Below are positions 58,960 to 64,000 of a stretch of 64,000 nt of DNA, one piece after another. The stretch's first letter is position 1. Each line of letters begins with the position of its first letter. Both the position numbers and the translations under genes were made by a program. This stretch comes from Pristiophorus japonicus (lineage: Eukaryota): positions 33,790,001 through 33,854,000 of the forward strand of contig NC_091980.1 in NCBI RefSeq assembly GCF_044704955.1. The letters are read 5' to 3'. The notes under the pieces are model-generated. The model did no database searches, had not been told where the DNA came from, and was given only the letters and a program-made list of their open reading frames with translations.

Positions 58960-59527
58960 ATTACAACTTGCATTTATATAGCACCTTTTGATGTAATAAA
59001 ACATTGCAAGGCACTTCAGGAGTGTTATCAAAAGCAAAATTTGGCACTGAGCCAGATAAGCAGATGTTGGGGCAGATGACCAAAAGTTTGGTCGAAGAGG
59101 TAGGTTTTAAGGAGCATCTTAAAGGAGAAAAGATAAGTAGAGAGCCGGAGAGGTTTAGGGAGGGAATTCCAGAGCTTGGGATGTAGGCCGCTGAAGGCAC
59201 GGTCGGAGCTGTTCAAGAGGTCAGAATTTGCAGAGCACAGAGACCTTGGGGGATTGTAGAGCTGGAGGAGACGACAGAGATAGGGAGGGGCGTGGCCATG
59301 GAGGGATTTGAAAACAAGGATGAGAATTTTAAGATAGAGACGTTGCTTAACTAGGTGACAATGTAGGTCAGCGAGCACAGGGGTGAGGGGTGACGAGTTA
59401 GGTCAAGGGGTGACGAGTTAGGTCAAGGACTGCAGAGTTTTGGATTACCTCAAGTTTATGGAGGATAGAACTAGGGAGGCTGGCCAGGAGTGCATTGGAA
59501 TAGTCAAGTCTAGAAGTAACAAAGGCC
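58960..59527 (-). mobile_element. L2-type LINE 3' fragment
   Basis: Minus ORF 59028-59378 LADLH...LKILILVFKSLHGHAPPYL...LWNSLP...FKMLLKTYLF. Confidence 0.8.
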
Positions 59528-59531
59528 TATA

Positions 59532-59795
59532 CAGGTTGAACCTCTCTCATCCAGCACTCTTGGGACCAGCCCTGTGTCAGATAAGGGATTTTGCCGGACG
59601 ACGGGAGATCACGTTAAATTGGATGGTACAGGTACTGAGCAAGGGGATATCGGGGCTGGCAGGCTTGGGGCTGGGAGTGTGGCAGAGAAATCGCAAGGTC
59701 AGGCCAGCGATTGCGGGAGTCAGCAGCGAGGAAGGGCTTCAATTTGTTCATGTTGATTTGGTCGGGAAGGTACTGGATAAGGGAGGTTCAATCTG
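59532..59795. mobile_element. Tc1/mariner-pogo (Tigger-like) MITE
   Basis: TIRs CAGGTTGAACCTCTCTCATCCAG / CTGGATAAGGGAGGTTCAATCTG (20/23 match), flanked by TA on both sides. Confidence 0.85.
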
Positions 59796-60479
59796 TATAA
59801 TTACTGTTGCAATTTGGGTTTTAAAATGGTATCGCAGCATTTCCTGTGAGAGGACCTTGTCTCATTCCTTCCTCTTTCCCCTGCCCAGCCCCCCCCACCC
59901 CGCCAATAAACTGGAAGCTGTACCTTTGACATATTCTACCATTGCAAATTTGTCCAGTTGCAATAATCTGTGTATTGGACTTTGTACATTGTCAATCAAC
60001 TCAGCATGGCAGAAGAACAAATCACAATTTGAGCTTTTACTGATATGTATGTTGGTTACTTGTATTCAGATTAAAGAAAGGAGTATTGTGCATATGGAAC
60101 AGCACAATACAATAGTTAACCATAAAGGTCTTTTGTAAGAGAATCTGCTAATGAAGTGAGGGTAAAATATTGTAGGTGAAATGGCCTTTTTCTTGTCTCC
60201 TGCACAATGCTTTGTTGACTATCTCCTCTATCAAGATTCAGAGACAATCGCTTCATCGTACCAAAGGTTGTCTACCATTAAGCATTTATCACTCTAGTCT
60301 CTCCAGTTCTATTTTGTACAAATGCAGAGACTTATGTGAGGTAATCTTTTCCCCTCCCCACCAATTCTCTGTTATAATGTTCTATAGTATATTCCAGTGG
60401 AATCTTGGCAAGTGATTTACTCCAGATGAGAAAAAGGGTGCTGCTACCTTTCTCCGATTCTTTTCCCCACATCAATAGA

Positions 60480-60880
60480 TTAGAAAGAAAGAACTTGCAT
60501 TCATATAGCACGTTTCATGACCTTTGGACATTCCAAAGCACTTTGCAGCCAATGTACAGTGGAAGTAGTCACTGTTGTAATGTAGGACGCAAAGCAGCTA
60601 ATTTACACATATCAAGCTTCCACAAATAGCAATGAAATAAATGACCAGATCATCTGTTTTTCTGGTGTTTGGTTGAGGAATAAATATTGACCAGGACACT
60701 GGGGGAAATCCCCTGCTCTTTGAATCGTGCCACTGGATTTTTTACTGTTAGTTGTGAAGGGGCTTCGCTTTAACATTCATCTGAAAAAGGCACCTCTAAT
60801 GAGTTCCTGCATTGAAATGTCAACCTAACCTATGTGATCAAGTCTCTAGAGTGGGGCTTGAGCCCATGACCTTCTGACTA
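60480..60880 (-). mobile_element. Deu/SacSINE-like SINE
   Basis: Reverse complement of the SINE tail seen at 21780-21853, plus the tRNA-like head region. Confidence 0.65.
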
Positions 60881-60904
60881 AAACAAATGTAAGGCTGGTT
60901 ATTC

Positions 60905-61200
60905 TATCTACCTTAGTGGTAGTGCTCTCGCATCTGAATCGTAAGGTTGTGGGTTTAAGTTGTACTCCAGAGACTTGAGCACATAAGCCAGACAGGCACT
61001 TCAGTGCAGTACTGAGGGAATGTTGTACTATCGGAGGTGACGTCTTTCTGATGAGACGTTAAACCGTGGCTGTCTCCCCTTTCATGTGGAAGTAAAAGAT
61101 CCCATGATGCTGTTTGAAGAGCAGAGGAGTTTGCATTAGTGACCGGGCCAATATTTATTCCTCAACCAACACACGAAAACAGATCATCTGGTGGTGATCG
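60905..61200 (+). mobile_element. Deu/SacSINE-like SINE 5' part, head-to-head with the previous copy
   Basis: tRNA-like head TTAGTGGTAG...GTGGGTTTAAG followed by CAGTGCAGTACTGAGGGA...GATGAGACGTTAAACCG. Confidence 0.6.
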
Positions 61201-62262
61201 TCATCTGAAATGCCAGAATGAGGCACCCATATTGTGTTTCAGTATCGTATATGTTCTGTTACTCTGCTTCAAATATTATAAGTGCACTATTATTCTTGGC
61301 TCAACTAGATTTTCTGTCACCTCCAATCCCTTTGCCTTTATGCCTTTCTCCCCCCCGCCCCTCACATTCAACCCAGAAGCCTACAGATTCAAAACCAATC
61401 ACTGGATTGTTGAGTTCTCTATGATAATGGTCCTGAAAAGGAAACTGACAAAAAAAATGGTGGCAAAAGGAAAAAGAGAGACACAAATGACATTTTAATT
61501 TTTCCCCTACACAGATATGATGAAATGAATGTACTAGTCTGTTGGTAGGGAAGAGAGAGGAATAGTGCTCAAATACCATGGAATTGTCATCATCATTTAT
61601 TCAGCAGATATTTACTGGGCACAATCCATATAAAACTTGTGTCGAAAGTTTCAGTTGTACCAGGAATATTGAGTTTTCACTTTTCACGATGGTATGGCAC
61701 TGTTTAAGGAGGCCATACCTTAACACATCGTGAACTACTGAACTTTTACACCAATGTGCTGCCTCTTAAAATAATTCTCAAATTAAGGGTTATTTGGAAA
61801 AGCTTATGGGTGCTTCACACAACAAGGATTTTACTTCTGTATACCTGATCCATGCACTAATGTACCATATTCAATCTACTTTACCCCTAGTTTGTCAAGT
61901 AACACTGATAGAAAGATATCGAGGCCCCACTGTGTACAGTTAATGCTGAAGCTTTCATACTCTGATTGCCCGTTGATAGGCATGCATGATCAAAAATGTG
62001 CCAATCTCACTGGACACTCAAGTTCCTTGTTGCTGAGTCCTAGAGCTGATATTAGTTAAGAAACTTTGAGTTTGGAGACCAAAACTGGCAGGCAACATTG
62101 AATAAATCACATTAATTTGCAAATGTCACTTGTGGGAGCACAGTCCCGCATTTCTAAACTCTTTGCTTCAGCACATGGTCTGAAGTTTGGATTAAGAAAA
62201 CAGGAAGATTGAAGTTTGGATTAAAAAAAAAACAGGAAGTTTGGATCGAAAGAGACTGTTCG

Positions 62263-62592
62263 ACATCATCATCATAGGCTGTCTCTCGGAATCGAGGAAG
62301 ACTTGCTTCCACTCCTAAAGTGAGTCCTTTGGTGGTTGAACAGTCCAATGCGAGAGCCACAGACTCTGTCACAGGTGGGACAGACATTCGTCGAGGAAGG
62401 GGTGGGTGGGACTGATTTGCCACACTCCTTACGCTGCCTGCGCCTGACCTCTTCGTGCTCACGGCGTTGAGATTCAAAGAGCTCAACGCCCTCCCGGATG
62501 CATTTTCTCCACCTAGGGTGGTCTTCGGCCAGGGACTCCCAGATGTCAGTGGTGATGTCGCACTTTACCAGGGAGGCTTTGAGGGTTTCCTT
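62263..62592 (-). mobile_element. RTE LINE 3' end
   Basis: Minus ORF: WESLAEDHPRWRKCIREG...CPTCDRVCGSRIGLFNH; (CAT)n tail. Confidence 0.88.
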
Positions 62593-63582
62593 GTTAGTGT
62601 TAGACAATGTGGTGCCTTTCTGCCATTTAAGTGAGTAACTGGTCATTGTCTGGATGTTAAATATTTGAGTACCTTGGAACTAAACGATGTTAAATATGAG
62701 TACCTTGCTACGGTGGGAATAATAGTAATTCATGACTAAATGATAAGATTTGATGACATCTGTACGTTAATTATTTGTATATCATCGATACTATCTATGC
62801 ATGTTGATCACCTGGTTTGTGCATAGTAATTCACATCATCTGTATGTTAATTATCTTGAATGTACCATTTGTTACTATGCAAGGAAACGATCTGGTAACT
62901 CAGTTAGCAGTTCAGAATAGTAATTCAGAAATCAGTTAGCCGTGATTTCAGGACAATTCTACATCATCTGCATGTTAATTGTCTAAATGTACTATGCAAA
63001 GAAATAAGAGTTCAAAGGCTTTTTCAGTCTAAAGATGAGAGTTTGACATTAGACACTACACACTGGAATCTCAGAAGGTGTGTCACAAGCAGCCACGGAA
63101 ATCGAAGCAAGCTGCCTTTGTGAAGTATCTCAGTAACTTTCACACTTGGTTTGTTTAGTATGAATGTTTAAATAAAAGACCCGATCCTGCCTTTACTATA
63201 ACTGAATGAATGCATACTTTGACTTTTAAAGCAATGAAGCAGAAAGAGCGAGACGGCCGTTTACAACATCGCTCATCAGGAATTCTTGAAGTTCTTTTAT
63301 TAAAAGAGCATTGAATGTAACTATATTGAAAATACGCCGTCACTTTTTAAAATTAAGTACAAAGACAATGTCTGTGTGGTAGATAAAATAATGTTTTGTT
63401 TGAGTTGGAGCCTATAACACATTGAAGTTCAGATCCTAATTGTTTAACATTCCATTTGCAGTTTGCCATTCTTGATTGTGTCAAACTTTAAAAAGTGTGT
63501 ACTGTTATTCAATAGGTTACATATGGCTGCAATTTAGTTTAGAGCAAATGTTTCTTAATATTTTGTATCTTTATCTTAAGGA

Positions 63583-63731
63583 ATGGATGCCCCATATGAT
63601 GGAGCAGAGATAACACTGGTAACAGAAGAAATCGAAGGCTGTTACAGCAGCACAAAAAGCTTTCCACCTAAAAAGAAAAAGAAATGGAAAGATCAAAGTG
63701 AGGATGGAGGTAAAAAAGGCAAAAAGCCCAG
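63583..63731 (+). CDS. HMGXB3: HMG box domain-containing protein 3, first coding exon (gene continues beyond the window)
   Basis: TTAAG|GAATG acceptor; MDAPYDGAEITLVTEEIEGCYSSTKSFPPKKKKKWK...GKKPR, cf. recalled human MDASYDGTEVTVVMEEIEEAYCYTSPGPPKKKKKYK...KKPR; donor AG|GTAAAT. Confidence 0.88.
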
Positions 63732-64000
63732 GTAAATTTGAATTCTTTATCATCCAAAAGGTACTATTCATCTGACATCTCATCCTAAATATTTTAGTTC
63801 TGTCTACTGGTGATGTGTCTGTCATCCTGTTCCTGTGTTTAATGGGTTATATCTGTTGATTAGAGGCAGTCTAGGAGCAGATATTCTGTGCAGGACTCTC
63901 TGCACTTAGAATTCTGTTAATGTGATTACCTGAATGGGTAGGATTCTTTAAAGATGTGCACAACGCTCTCCATAGATTAACTTTAACATGTGAAGCTTTC

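Noticed and set aside
59440-60138. 232-aa ORF
   Set aside because: Runs across antisense L2, a Tc1-type MITE and intronic DNA; a chance open frame with no domain.

Overview
Vertebrate genomic DNA, most likely a cartilaginous fish (shark), inferred from the repeat landscape: abundant CR1 LINEs with (CTATGTTT)n or (CTTATGTT)n tails, Deu/SacSINE-like SINEs, Penelope, RTE, Mag-type Gypsy elements and Harbinger-type MITEs. Well over half of the window is transposon-derived. Three + strand host genes can be reconstructed from splice signals and protein similarity recalled from memory. (1) SRA1: 5 coding exons, 8430-21004, 217 aa. (2) An intact but strongly diverged SPCS3-like gene: 5 coding exons, 23766-36812, 177 aa, with a minor-spliceosome AT-AC intron 2. 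(3) The 5' end of HMGXB3: CpG-island promoter near 53.5 kb and first coding exon 63583-63731. The two most notable observations are a ~350-bp retroposed element built from rearranged U2 snRNA modules, with a poly(A) tail and a 16-bp target-site duplication (candidate snRNA-derived SINE, 9903-10255), and the SPCS3-like gene, a candidate retained paralog of SPCS3 lying among genes that map to human 5q. Gene identities rest on recalled sequences, not database searches. Most repeat boundaries are approximate.
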